A stretch of DNA of 64,000 nt from positions 13,258-77,257 of the forward strand of contig CAZLPW010000003.1 in NCBI GenBank assembly GCA_964561495.1. The letters run 5' to 3'. The translations under genes were made by a program, and so were the position numbers. The stretch comes from an uncultured bacterium. GTDB lineage: Bacteria; Fidelibacterota; Marinisomatia; Marinisomatales; UBA1611. The notes beneath the pieces are model-generated. The model saw nothing but the letters and a program-made list of their open reading frames with translations, did no database searches and was not told the DNA's origin. The first letter of the stretch is position 1, and the number at the start of each line of letters is the position of its first letter. Of this stretch, positions 46,737-55,551 are shown piece by piece.

Positions 46737-47858
46737 ATGGAAAAACCAATTTCTATTCTTTTTGATAGTTATCATTTATACCATTTACCACAATTCGAAC
46801 CATTGATAGATCTTTTGTCGGATGATAAACGTTTTAATATTTATCACTCTACATCTAGAGATATAAAAAACGTAGAATATGAACTTTGTTCAAAAATATT
46901 AAAGAAAAAACCAGGCTCATTTATTTTTTCAGATTCTGAAGAGATGCGGAAAAAATTAATAAGGGATTTAAATTTAGATGTTTTTATTTGTGGATGGTCT
47001 CGCTATAACTTAGAAGAGTTTGTAAATGATAAGACTCTAGTTGGTATGATTTATCATGGCATAGGGGTTAAACCATCATATTGGTTGGATAATAATGATC
47101 GTTTGGATCTACGATTTGTAGAAGGTGAATATCGAATGAATCAGCTTCGAGAGAATGGAATAAAAACTGATTTGACTTTAACGGGCTATATTAAGCTGGA
47201 TCCTTTATTTAAAGAAGGGGGTATTAATGTAGATTCTTTAGTTAAAAAATTTGAGTTAGATCCAGATAAAAAAACTATTCTTTTTGCCCCTACCTTTTAT
47301 CCAAGTTCAGCTGAAAAAATTGGTTTAAATCTAGGGGAGTATACTAAAGGATATAATCTTTTAATTAAGCCTCATCTTTGGACAGTATTTTTAAATAAAT
47401 TTGGCCAGATTGATTTACGTCCTCAGAGAGAACTTTTCAGTGCCCTTGAACAAAAGTATAAGCATATTCACCTAATTAACCCAGAGCAATATAATATTAC
47501 ACCTTTTTATAAAATTTCTGATTTACTGCTTACAGAGGCTAGTAGTACTATTTATGAAATGCTAGCGTTGGGAAAACCTGTGGTAATAAATAGGTTTTTA
47601 AAACTAAAGTTATCCCATCGCATTTTCAAATATAGACTTTACAGAAAGAGATTAAACAAAGAAATGAGTAGAGATATATCTAAATTTTGTTTTGAAGTAG
47701 ACCGTCCTAGCTCTATTCCAAAAACTATTGAGCGGGCATTTTCTGAAAATGAAAATTATAAAAAAGAGAGAAAAGAGTTTCAAGATAAAATGTTATATAA
47801 GCTTGATGGAATGGCATCAGAAAGAGCTCGCGATGCAATATTATCAAAACTGCCTTAG
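46737..47858 (+). CDS. TagB/TagF-family CDP-alcohol phosphotransferase-like protein (paralogue 1)
   Basis: YHGIGVKPSYW, ILFAPTFYPSS, LLIKPH and SDLLLTEASSTIYEMLALGKPVV match, from memory, the Glyphos_transf pattern (HGTxxK, YAPTxR, KxH, DYSS...KP). Confidence 0.55.
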   Translation: MEKPISILFDSYHLYHLPQFEPLIDLLSDDKRFNIYHSTSRDIKNVEYELCSKILKKKPGSFIFSDSEEMRKKLIRDLNLDVFICGWSRYNLEEFVNDKTLVGMIYHGIGVKPSYWLDNNDRLDLRFVEGEYRMNQLRENGIKTDLTLTGYIKLDPLFKEGGINVDSLVKKFELDPDKKTILFAPTFYPSSAEKIGLNLGEYTKGYNLLIKPHLWTVFLNKFGQIDLRPQRELFSALEQKYKHIHLINPEQYNITPFYKISDLLLTEASSTIYEMLALGKPVVINRFLKLKLSHRIFKYRLYRKRLNKEMSRDISKFCFEVDRPSSIPKTIERAFSENENYKKERKEFQDKMLYKLDGMASERARDAILSKLP

Positions 47859-47882
47859 GTGAGTCGACCTTAATTTATAACT

Positions 47883-48962
47883 GTGTCAAAAGTATTATTT
47901 GAAACCCATCATTTATATTATTGGCCAAACTTTCTGCCAATAATCTTAGAAATGAAAAGCCGCCAGATCTATGATATATATGCGTCTATGCCTATCCGGA
48001 ATTCAAAAATCGAATATGAACAATTTTTAAAAGCATGTACAAATGCAGGTGTGAAAACTATTGAATCAGATAATGAAAGAAATAGGATTAATAAAATTAT
48101 AAAAAATGAATTCTCTATTATAATTATTGGTAATATTGGTCAGTTAAACCAGTTAGTAACTTCTGAAACACTAGTTGCTATGGTATATCATGGTATAGGT
48201 TTAAAAAATTCTTATTATACAGATATTAATGATAGAGTTAACCTAAGGTCTGTTGAGTCAGAATCTCGCTACCATGAATTAAAAAAAATGGGATATGACA
48301 ATCTGGTTCTAACAGGATTTACTAAATTAGATCCGTTATTTGACAAATCTAATTATGATATAGTTCAGCTAAAAAAAGAACTTGATCTTGATCCTAACAA
48401 AAAAACTATTTTATATGCTCCAAGCTTTTACCCGAGCTCTATCGAAAAACTGGTTCCTGAATTTATTTCGTTAAGTAAGGATTATAATATATTAATCAAA
48501 TTACACAGCTTTAGTTGGCAACAAAAGCGTTACCTCCATCAGAGTAAGCAATGTATTTGGGTTTCAGAAAAAAATGAGTCGATAAAACTATTGAAAAATG
48601 ACTCTATAAATATTATTCCCTATTACTTATTATCCGATCTTCTTATTAGCGATATTTCCTCAACAATTTTTGAATTTTTACCTTTGAATAAACCAATAAT
48701 ACAAGCGGAGTGTTTTAGTCTTAGATTAAAGCATAAAATATTTAATAATAGATTTTGGAAAAGATTAGATGTTGGCAGAATGATGGACGTCGATTTTGTT
48801 TATAAAATAGTTGATCCTTCTGACCTATATAGCAGAGTCCAATATTCATTAGAATATCCAGATGAAATGGAAATAAATAGACAAAATGCGTGTGAATATT
48901 ATTTATATAAAAATGACGGGAAAGCATCTTTTAGATTAGTTAATGCTATAGAAGCGATATAA
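47883..48962 (+). CDS. TagB/TagF-family CDP-alcohol phosphotransferase-like protein (paralogue 2)
   Basis: YHGIGLKNSYY, ILYAPSFYPSS, ILIKLHS and SDLLISDISSTIFEFLPLNKPII are colinear with the upstream paralogue. The start is GTG. Confidence 0.55.
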   Translation: MSKVLFETHHLYYWPNFLPIILEMKSRQIYDIYASMPIRNSKIEYEQFLKACTNAGVKTIESDNERNRINKIIKNEFSIIIIGNIGQLNQLVTSETLVAMVYHGIGLKNSYYTDINDRVNLRSVESESRYHELKKMGYDNLVLTGFTKLDPLFDKSNYDIVQLKKELDLDPNKKTILYAPSFYPSSIEKLVPEFISLSKDYNILIKLHSFSWQQKRYLHQSKQCIWVSEKNESIKLLKNDSINIIPYYLLSDLLISDISSTIFEFLPLNKPIIQAECFSLRLKHKIFNNRFWKRLDVGRMMDVDFVYKIVDPSDLYSRVQYSLEYPDEMEINRQNACEYYLYKNDGKASFRLVNAIEAI

Positions 48963-48963
48963 A

Positions 48964-49944
48964 ATGAAAATTGGTGTATATAGTCCTAACTGGATTGGTG
49001 ATGCAATTATGGCACTTCCATTTATAAGTGAATTGAAAGATCAAAATCCAAATGCTGAAATAAATGTAATTTGTAAAGAATGGGTTTCTGGAGTTTATGA
49101 AAAAAATCCTGCAATAGACGAATTAATTACTATCAAAAAATGTTCAATAAATAATATTGTTGGGACTTTTAAAACTGGTTGGCGTTTAAAACTAAGGAAC
49201 TATGATCAGTTTTTCACTCTAACGGATTCTTTCAGAAGTGCTTTAGTCTTATGGATATCAGGATCTAAAAAACGAGTTGGATATAAGGCCCAAATGAGGT
49301 CCTTTTTATTAACAAAATCCTTTTACCATCCGAAAAAAAGAATTCATCGTTCTAAAAAATTTTTAAAAATGTTGAGATCTGGACAAAATATAATTTTAGA
49401 TCCGAATATTTATATTTCAGAAAAAGAAAAAATTTGGGCTAAAGATGAAATGAAAAGGCTTAAGCTTAAAGAACCAGTTGCTATATTTCCCTTTAGCATT
49501 GCAAAAAACAGGTCAATATCAAATAATATAATAAAAAAATGGATAAAGAATTCAAAAAGTGATTATCTAATATTTGGATCTAAGAATGATTCTATAAAAG
49601 GAGATTCCTTAATAAATCAATGTCAAAATAATTCAATAAAATCTATTTGTGGGAAGTATTCTTTAAGAGAGTCAATTTTACTTATATCGTTATGTCATTA
49701 TAGCCTGGCAGCTGATAGTGGCTTAGGTCATATATCAGCTGCTTTAGGAGTACCCACAATTTCATTTTTTGGAGCTGGATATCCAGATAAAACAGGGCCA
49801 CTAGGTAAAAGCACATTTATTATTAAACATTGCAGCCCATGCAGAGGAGATGACTGTAAAAATATCAACAATAAAATTTCATGCATAAAAGAAATTTCAA
49901 AATCCGAAATAGAATTATATGTTAGTAGCCTTTTAAAGCTGTAA
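48964..49944 (+). CDS. Family 9 glycosyltransferase (LPS heptosyltransferase-like)
   Basis: The N-terminus SPNWIGDAIMALPFISELK and the C-terminal SLAADSGLGHISAALGVPTISFFG are present. Confidence 0.8.
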   Translation: MKIGVYSPNWIGDAIMALPFISELKDQNPNAEINVICKEWVSGVYEKNPAIDELITIKKCSINNIVGTFKTGWRLKLRNYDQFFTLTDSFRSALVLWISGSKKRVGYKAQMRSFLLTKSFYHPKKRIHRSKKFLKMLRSGQNIILDPNIYISEKEKIWAKDEMKRLKLKEPVAIFPFSIAKNRSISNNIIKKWIKNSKSDYLIFGSKNDSIKGDSLINQCQNNSIKSICGKYSLRESILLISLCHYSLAADSGLGHISAALGVPTISFFGAGYPDKTGPLGKSTFIIKHCSPCRGDDCKNINNKISCIKEISKSEIELYVSSLLKL

Positions 49945-49956
49945 TTTTATTTTACT

Positions 49957-50676
49957 ATGAAAGCATTTATTTTAGCTGCTGGTGTGTCAAGAAGGCTTTA
50001 TCCTCATACATATAATATCCCAAAATGTCTTCTGGAAGTTGGTGGTAAGCCGATTATTCATTATCAGCTTGAGGCCTTAGATAAATTATCTGTATCAAAT
50101 GTAACTATGATAGTTGGGTATCACAGGGAAATGCTTATGAAGCACGTTACCGATAATTTTCCTAGCTTGAATTTTGATTTTATCATAAACAATCATTTTT
50201 TTGAAACTAATACAGCTTATTCAGCATTTCTTGCATACGAAAAGCTAATTTTAGATGATTACCTTTTTATGAATGCAGACGTTGTTTATGAAGAAAAAAT
50301 GTTATTTGAATTAGTTCAATCAGCATATAGTTCAGTACTGGCTGTAGATATTAAAGAGTGTGGCAGAGAAGAAGTGAAAGTTATTGATGGTGGAGATAAT
50401 AAAATTTCTGCAATTGGAAAAGAATTAATTGAATCGCATTGCCTTGGAGAGTTTATCGGCGTTGCAAAATTATCAAAAGATTTTACCCGTTTATTCTCAG
50501 ACTCATTGAAAAAATTAATTGATGCAGGGGGGATGAATGATTATTTTGAAGCGGCGATACAACCAATTCTAGATAAAATAGATGTCAATTATTTAGATGT
50601 GTCTTCGTATTCATGTATGGAAATTGATTTTATTGAAGACCTTGATCAAGCAAGAGGAATATTTAAGTTAAATTAA
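49957..50676 (+). CDS. Nucleotidyltransferase (LicC/IspD-like GT-A fold; candidate CTP:phospho-alcohol cytidylyltransferase)
   Basis: MKAFILAAGVSRRLYPHTYNIPKCLLEVGGKPIIHYQLEAL is present. The protein is 239 aa. Confidence 0.65.
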   Translation: MKAFILAAGVSRRLYPHTYNIPKCLLEVGGKPIIHYQLEALDKLSVSNVTMIVGYHREMLMKHVTDNFPSLNFDFIINNHFFETNTAYSAFLAYEKLILDDYLFMNADVVYEEKMLFELVQSAYSSVLAVDIKECGREEVKVIDGGDNKISAIGKELIESHCLGEFIGVAKLSKDFTRLFSDSLKKLIDAGGMNDYFEAAIQPILDKIDVNYLDVSSYSCMEIDFIEDLDQARGIFKLN

Positions 50677-50738
50677 AATTGATGTGTCCAAATTTTTGCT
50701 TGTTTAAATATAGATTAGATTAATAATATGATATATAG

Positions 50739-51968
50739 ATGGCAATAATTAGACCCTTTAGAGGGTACCTACCTGTACCTGATCAAGCTAAAGAGATTTC
50801 TTCTCCCCCATATGATGTGCTTTCATCAGAAGAAGCTCGAGAAATTGTAAAATCAAATCCTAAATCTTTTTTAAGAATTATAAAACCTGAAATAGAGTTT
50901 GATAATATTAATAATGTTAGTATTAAAAGGATTCACGAAGTTGCAAGAAAAAATTTAGATGAGCTTATTGAGAATAAAAAGTTTTTGCGAGATAATAAAC
51001 CATGTCTTTACTTATATCAAATTTCTATGGGCCAGCATACTCAAACAGGCGTCGTTTCAGAAGTATCGGTTCAAGAATATGATAATGGATTGATTAAAAA
51101 ACATGAACATACTAGACCAGAAAAAGAAAATGATCGAACTAAGCATATTGAAATTACAAATGCAAATACGGGGCCAGTGTTTTTGACCTTTAAAAATGAT
51201 GGGAATTTCAAAAATCTTATAAAAAATGTTACTGAAATGAGGCCATATATTAGTTTTAAAGCGGATGATTCTACCATTCACAGCATATGGAAATTGAAAT
51301 CTAATTTAATAATTAATAATATTGTAAATTATTTTAAGCCAATTAGGAATTTGTATATAGCAGATGGCCACCATAGAGCGGCCGCTGCCTCTCGAGTTAA
51401 AAAAATAAAGCAAGATTTGAATTCAATACATTCTGGGCAAGAATCATATAATTTCTTTTTATCAGTAATATTTCCTCATGATCAAATTCAAATTCTAGGT
51501 TATAATCGTTTGGTATATCCAAGGCCCATTGATCAAGAAAATATAATGGATTTGATTAGTATAAATTTTAAAATTTCAGAATTATCTAAAGGTAGGCAGC
51601 CAGACTCTAGAAATTCAATTGTAATGTATTACTCTGGAAGTTGGTATGATTTAAAATTTAAAGAGAAATTACCCTCAAATTATTTTGTATCAACTTTAAG
51701 TGCTTCTATACTTCAAAACTATTTATTAAAACCTTTTTTTAATATTGAAGACCCAAGGACATCAGATAAGCTTGAGTTTATTGGAGGAACAAGAGGCTTA
51801 AAGGAGCTTGAAAATATGTGCTCAAAAAAAATGATTGCTTTTGTGATGTACCCCGTTAAAATCGATGATCTTTTCATAGTTGCAGACGCAGGGCAAGTAA
51901 TGCCTCCTAAATCTACCTGGTTTGAACCAAAACTAAGATCAGGTGTAGTCGTTCGTTTATTGGATTAA
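50739..51968 (+). CDS. DUF1015 family protein
   Basis: IRPFRGYLP, SPPYDVLSSEEAR, HEHTRPEKENDR and IADGHHR are present. Confidence 0.75.
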   Translation: MAIIRPFRGYLPVPDQAKEISSPPYDVLSSEEAREIVKSNPKSFLRIIKPEIEFDNINNVSIKRIHEVARKNLDELIENKKFLRDNKPCLYLYQISMGQHTQTGVVSEVSVQEYDNGLIKKHEHTRPEKENDRTKHIEITNANTGPVFLTFKNDGNFKNLIKNVTEMRPYISFKADDSTIHSIWKLKSNLIINNIVNYFKPIRNLYIADGHHRAAAASRVKKIKQDLNSIHSGQESYNFFLSVIFPHDQIQILGYNRLVYPRPIDQENIMDLISINFKISELSKGRQPDSRNSIVMYYSGSWYDLKFKEKLPSNYFVSTLSASILQNYLLKPFFNIEDPRTSDKLEFIGGTRGLKELENMCSKKMIAFVMYPVKIDDLFIVADAGQVMPPKSTWFEPKLRSGVVVRLLD

Positions 51969-52042
51969 TTCTATAGAATTTCCCTTGATTAGGTTTGGTT
52001 AATGTAAATTTAGTGGTTGCTAATTATAATCAGGACTAGCAT

Positions 52043-53314
52043 ATGGATATGTTAAAAGAGATACTCGCAGGTCAAATACCAGTTTCCCAGAAAAGGATTA
52101 GAGATCTTATTGCTCAAAAGGGAGAAAATGAAATAAGCAAAGTTAATGTAGCGCAAGCCTATTCTGGACTTAGAGGAATTAAGGCTTTTGTTTGTGACAC
52201 TTCAGCAGTAGATCCAGATAAGGGTCTCATAATTAGAGGGATGCCTTTGTTAGATATAAAACATATCTTGCCAGAAGAAGTTTTCTATCTTTTAATTGCA
52301 GGAAGACTTCCGACAGAAGTAGAACTAGCAGATTTAAAAAGTGAGTTTTCTATGCACCTTGAGGTCCCAAAGTATGTTTGGGATATATTAGAAAAATTTC
52401 CAGAGGATTCTCATCCGATGACGATGTTTAACTCTGGTATTCTTGCTATGCAGAGAGATAGTGTTTTCCGAAAAAAATATGATGATGGAATGCCAAAAAC
52501 CGAGTACTGGGAGGCGCTATTAGAAGATGGAATAAAGCTTTTAGCAAAATTGCCTAGTCTAGGAGCAGGGATTTATCGAATGCGTTTTAAAAAAGGTGAT
52601 AGAATTTTTCCAAATAAGGATCTCGATTGGGCTGGAAATTTTGTGCATATGACGGGTATACCTGACCCAACAGGTGATTTTCATAAGCTTATGCGTCTTT
52701 ATTTAATGTTGCATTGTGATCATGAGGGGGGGAATGTAAGTGCTTTTGCAGCTCATACTGTATCTTCCGCATTATCAGATCCTTATTATTCTGTTTCTGC
52801 TGGATTAAATGGCTTAGCTGGTCCACTTCATGGACTTGCAAATCAAGAGTGCTTAAAATTTGTACTTGGTATTAGAGATGAGTTTAATGGCTCTCCAAAT
52901 AAAGAAGAATTGAAAGAGTATTGTTGGAATAGGCTCAATACTGGAAGAGTTATACCTGGATATGGTCATGCTGTTCTTCGTTGCCCAGATCCTAGATTCA
53001 CGGCTTTTATTAATTTTGGAGAAACCCATATACATGGTGATGAAGTTTTTGAAATTGTTACTAATCTATTTGAAATTGTTCCTAAAGTGCTTTTGGAGCA
53101 TGGTAAAGCAAAAAATCCATGGCCCAATGTTGATGCTGCATCAGGTTCTCTACTTTATTATTACGGTTTAAAAGAGTTTAATTACTATACCGTTCTGTTC
53201 AGTATTTCCAGAGCAATGGGTATGATTGCGCAAATGGTTTGGGAGCGTGCACTTGGAATCCCTATAACAAGACCAAAGTCAGTGACGACCGAATGGATAG
53301 AAAAAAATTCTTAA
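52043..53314 (+). CDS. gltA: Citrate synthase (eukaryotic-like type)
   Basis: HCDHEGGNVSA, GPLHGLANQE and PGYGHAVLRCPDPRF are present. Confidence 0.9.
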   Translation: MDMLKEILAGQIPVSQKRIRDLIAQKGENEISKVNVAQAYSGLRGIKAFVCDTSAVDPDKGLIIRGMPLLDIKHILPEEVFYLLIAGRLPTEVELADLKSEFSMHLEVPKYVWDILEKFPEDSHPMTMFNSGILAMQRDSVFRKKYDDGMPKTEYWEALLEDGIKLLAKLPSLGAGIYRMRFKKGDRIFPNKDLDWAGNFVHMTGIPDPTGDFHKLMRLYLMLHCDHEGGNVSAFAAHTVSSALSDPYYSVSAGLNGLAGPLHGLANQECLKFVLGIRDEFNGSPNKEELKEYCWNRLNTGRVIPGYGHAVLRCPDPRFTAFINFGETHIHGDEVFEIVTNLFEIVPKVLLEHGKAKNPWPNVDAASGSLLYYYGLKEFNYYTVLFSISRAMGMIAQMVWERALGIPITRPKSVTTEWIEKNS

Positions 53315-55551
53315 CAAGGTATGTAGTTAATTTTTTCTTTATTGTTAGCCTGTCTTTTATAAAAGGTGAACAAGCTTTGTACCAATCTATTAGGATATTT
53401 TCTCCAAATAGTTATATTGTTGAGGTAATAGGTAGTGCTGGTATACCTCTTGATCATTTATCTGGCAAACAAGAATATTATCTAGATATAGTTGCTACTT
53501 CCAGCCAAACTTTTTACCTTAAAGAAATGGGCCTTGATTTAGAAGTTTTAATCGAAGATATGTCAAAATATTTTCAAGAAAGAAGTGTCCCAGAGCATCA
53601 AAGAGATTTTCCATTAGGCTCTATGCAAGGTAATTATACCTGGGATGAGTTAAATACTCGATTTAATGAGCTTAGAGAGATATATGACAATATTCTTTCT
53701 GAAAAGGTGACCTTAGGGCAGTCCGTTGAGGGCAGAGATATTTGGGCATTTAAACTTTCAGACAACCCTAATGTTGATGAAAATGAGCCAGAACTATTGT
53801 TTACTGGTTTGACTCATGCAAGAGAACCACTATCAATGATGAATCTAATATATTTTGTTCAAAAGCTCTGTGAGGGGTATACCATAAACGAAGAAATGAC
53901 ATATTTAGTAAATAATAGAGAATTGTGGTTTATCCTCGTCGTTAATCCTGATGGATATGTCTTTAATGAAAGCTATCAGCCTAATGGCGGAGGTATGCAC
54001 AGGAAAAATAGGCTTAATACTGATTGCGGTGAAAATACGGAGAGAGGTGTTGATTTAAATAGAAACTATGGATATGGATGGGGTGCAAATAATACAGGGT
54101 CTTCACCAAACCCGTGTAGTGATACCTATAGAGGCACTTCAGCATTCTCAGAACCAGAGACACAAATTGTAAAGGATTTTATTGATAACCACTCTTTTAT
54201 GAATGTTCTTCACTATCATTCATACGGAAATTATTATATACATCCTTTTGGTCTTGGTAATCTCCCTGAAGAGCCTGACCTTACAACATTTCGAGAAATT
54301 GGTAGACAAATGGCTAGAGAAAATAGTTTTGTAGTTGGGACGGGTCTTGAGACAGTTGGATATACTGTAAATGGAGATGCGGTTGATTGGACCTATGGAA
54401 GTCAGGGTTTGGTTACTTATACTCCTGAGGTAGGGACATCTAATGATTCGTTTTGGCCTTCGGAGAATAGAGTTATTCCTTTGTGTGCTAATCAGGTACA
54501 TGCTAATAGTGTGTTCGCGTTTGTTTCAGGTAATGATATAATTTTAAGTGAAGTAGAATTTTCAGATCGTTTTTTTGAACCTGGAGATAGTATTAATATC
54601 GCTATTCAAATACAAAACAGAGGTCTTATGGATTCTGATGGAAGTATTACAGTCAAAATTGAACAATTAAACTCACTTATTGGATTGCCATTTGATTCTA
54701 TTTCAGTTGGTCCACTCGAATCAAGAGATAGTGATACAATTAGTTTGAATTTTTTTATTTCAAATGATGCAGATATAGGGTCTGAATCTGGTTTTATTAT
54801 TTCTGCCTATGATCAGTCAAGTTTTTTACGATATGATACGGTTTCTTTCTTTATAGGTTATCCTGAATTTCTATTTTTTGATGACTTTGAAGGAGGACTA
54901 GGCAATTGGCAGGTTGAAGCTAATTGGGGCTTGTCTGATTTTTCCTATTCGGGTGATTGGGCAATAGGGAATAGCCCAAATGGGGATTATGATAATAATC
55001 AAAATACGCAAATTGTCCTAGAGCTAGATTCTGATCTTTTGTTTTTTGATGGCGTATCTATTTCATTTAAAGCAAGTTGGGAGATTGAACTTTATGATGA
55101 TTTTGTACAGTTTCAGGCTTATGTTCCTAATTGGGGCTGGATCAATCTTCATGGGGAACATACTACTTCTGGGTCTGGTCAGCAAGGCCAGCCGTGGAAC
55201 TTGCCAGGGTATCATGGACTTTCAGATGGTTGGGTTGAAGAAACAATTTCTCTTAAACAGTTAAACGGTCTTGTTCCAACTAAACTTAGGTTTATTTTTA
55301 TTTCAGATAATTATGGTAATGGGGATGGGTTTTTTCTTGATGATTTTGGAATTTCAGGTTATCCAAATTTTATCCCAGGAGATGTAAATATGGATTCATT
55401 TTTAGATGTTTTTGATTTAATTAATCTTGCTGATGTAGTGCAGTTAGATAGCTTGGATCAGAACTTAATTTATCTTTATGATATTGATATTAATGGTATT
55501 GTTAATATATTTGATATAATTAATCTTATAAATCAAATAATGGATTATTAA
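53293..55551 (+). CDS. Secreted M14 zinc carboxypeptidase with C-terminal dockerin-like module
   Basis: From the ATG at 53293 the signal peptide is MDRKKFLTRYVVNFFFIVSLSF. GLTHAREPLS, HRKNR, VDLNRNY and HSYGNYYIHPFG are M14 motifs. The tail is GDVNMDSFLDVFDL...YDIDINGIVNIFDI. Confidence 0.8.
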   Translation: MDRKKFLTRYVVNFFFIVSLSFIKGEQALYQSIRIFSPNSYIVEVIGSAGIPLDHLSGKQEYYLDIVATSSQTFYLKEMGLDLEVLIEDMSKYFQERSVPEHQRDFPLGSMQGNYTWDELNTRFNELREIYDNILSEKVTLGQSVEGRDIWAFKLSDNPNVDENEPELLFTGLTHAREPLSMMNLIYFVQKLCEGYTINEEMTYLVNNRELWFILVVNPDGYVFNESYQPNGGGMHRKNRLNTDCGENTERGVDLNRNYGYGWGANNTGSSPNPCSDTYRGTSAFSEPETQIVKDFIDNHSFMNVLHYHSYGNYYIHPFGLGNLPEEPDLTTFREIGRQMARENSFVVGTGLETVGYTVNGDAVDWTYGSQGLVTYTPEVGTSNDSFWPSENRVIPLCANQVHANSVFAFVSGNDIILSEVEFSDRFFEPGDSINIAIQIQNRGLMDSDGSITVKIEQLNSLIGLPFDSISVGPLESRDSDTISLNFFISNDADIGSESGFIISAYDQSSFLRYDTVSFFIGYPEFLFFDDFEGGLGNWQVEANWGLSDFSYSGDWAIGNSPNGDYDNNQNTQIVLELDSDLLFFDGVSISFKASWEIELYDDFVQFQAYVPNWGWINLHGEHTTSGSGQQGQPWNLPGYHGLSDGWVEETISLKQLNGLVPTKLRFIFISDNYGNGDGFFLDDFGISGYPNFIPGDVNMDSFLDVFDLINLADVVQLDSLDQNLIYLYDIDINGIVNIFDIINLINQIMDY

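Noticed and set aside
53239-53292. ATG 53239 as the start of the M14 carboxypeptidase.
   Set aside because: The first 18 codons lie inside the citrate synthase C-terminus and precede a good signal peptide that begins at the ATG at 53293 (MDRKKFLTRYVVNFFFIVSLSF).
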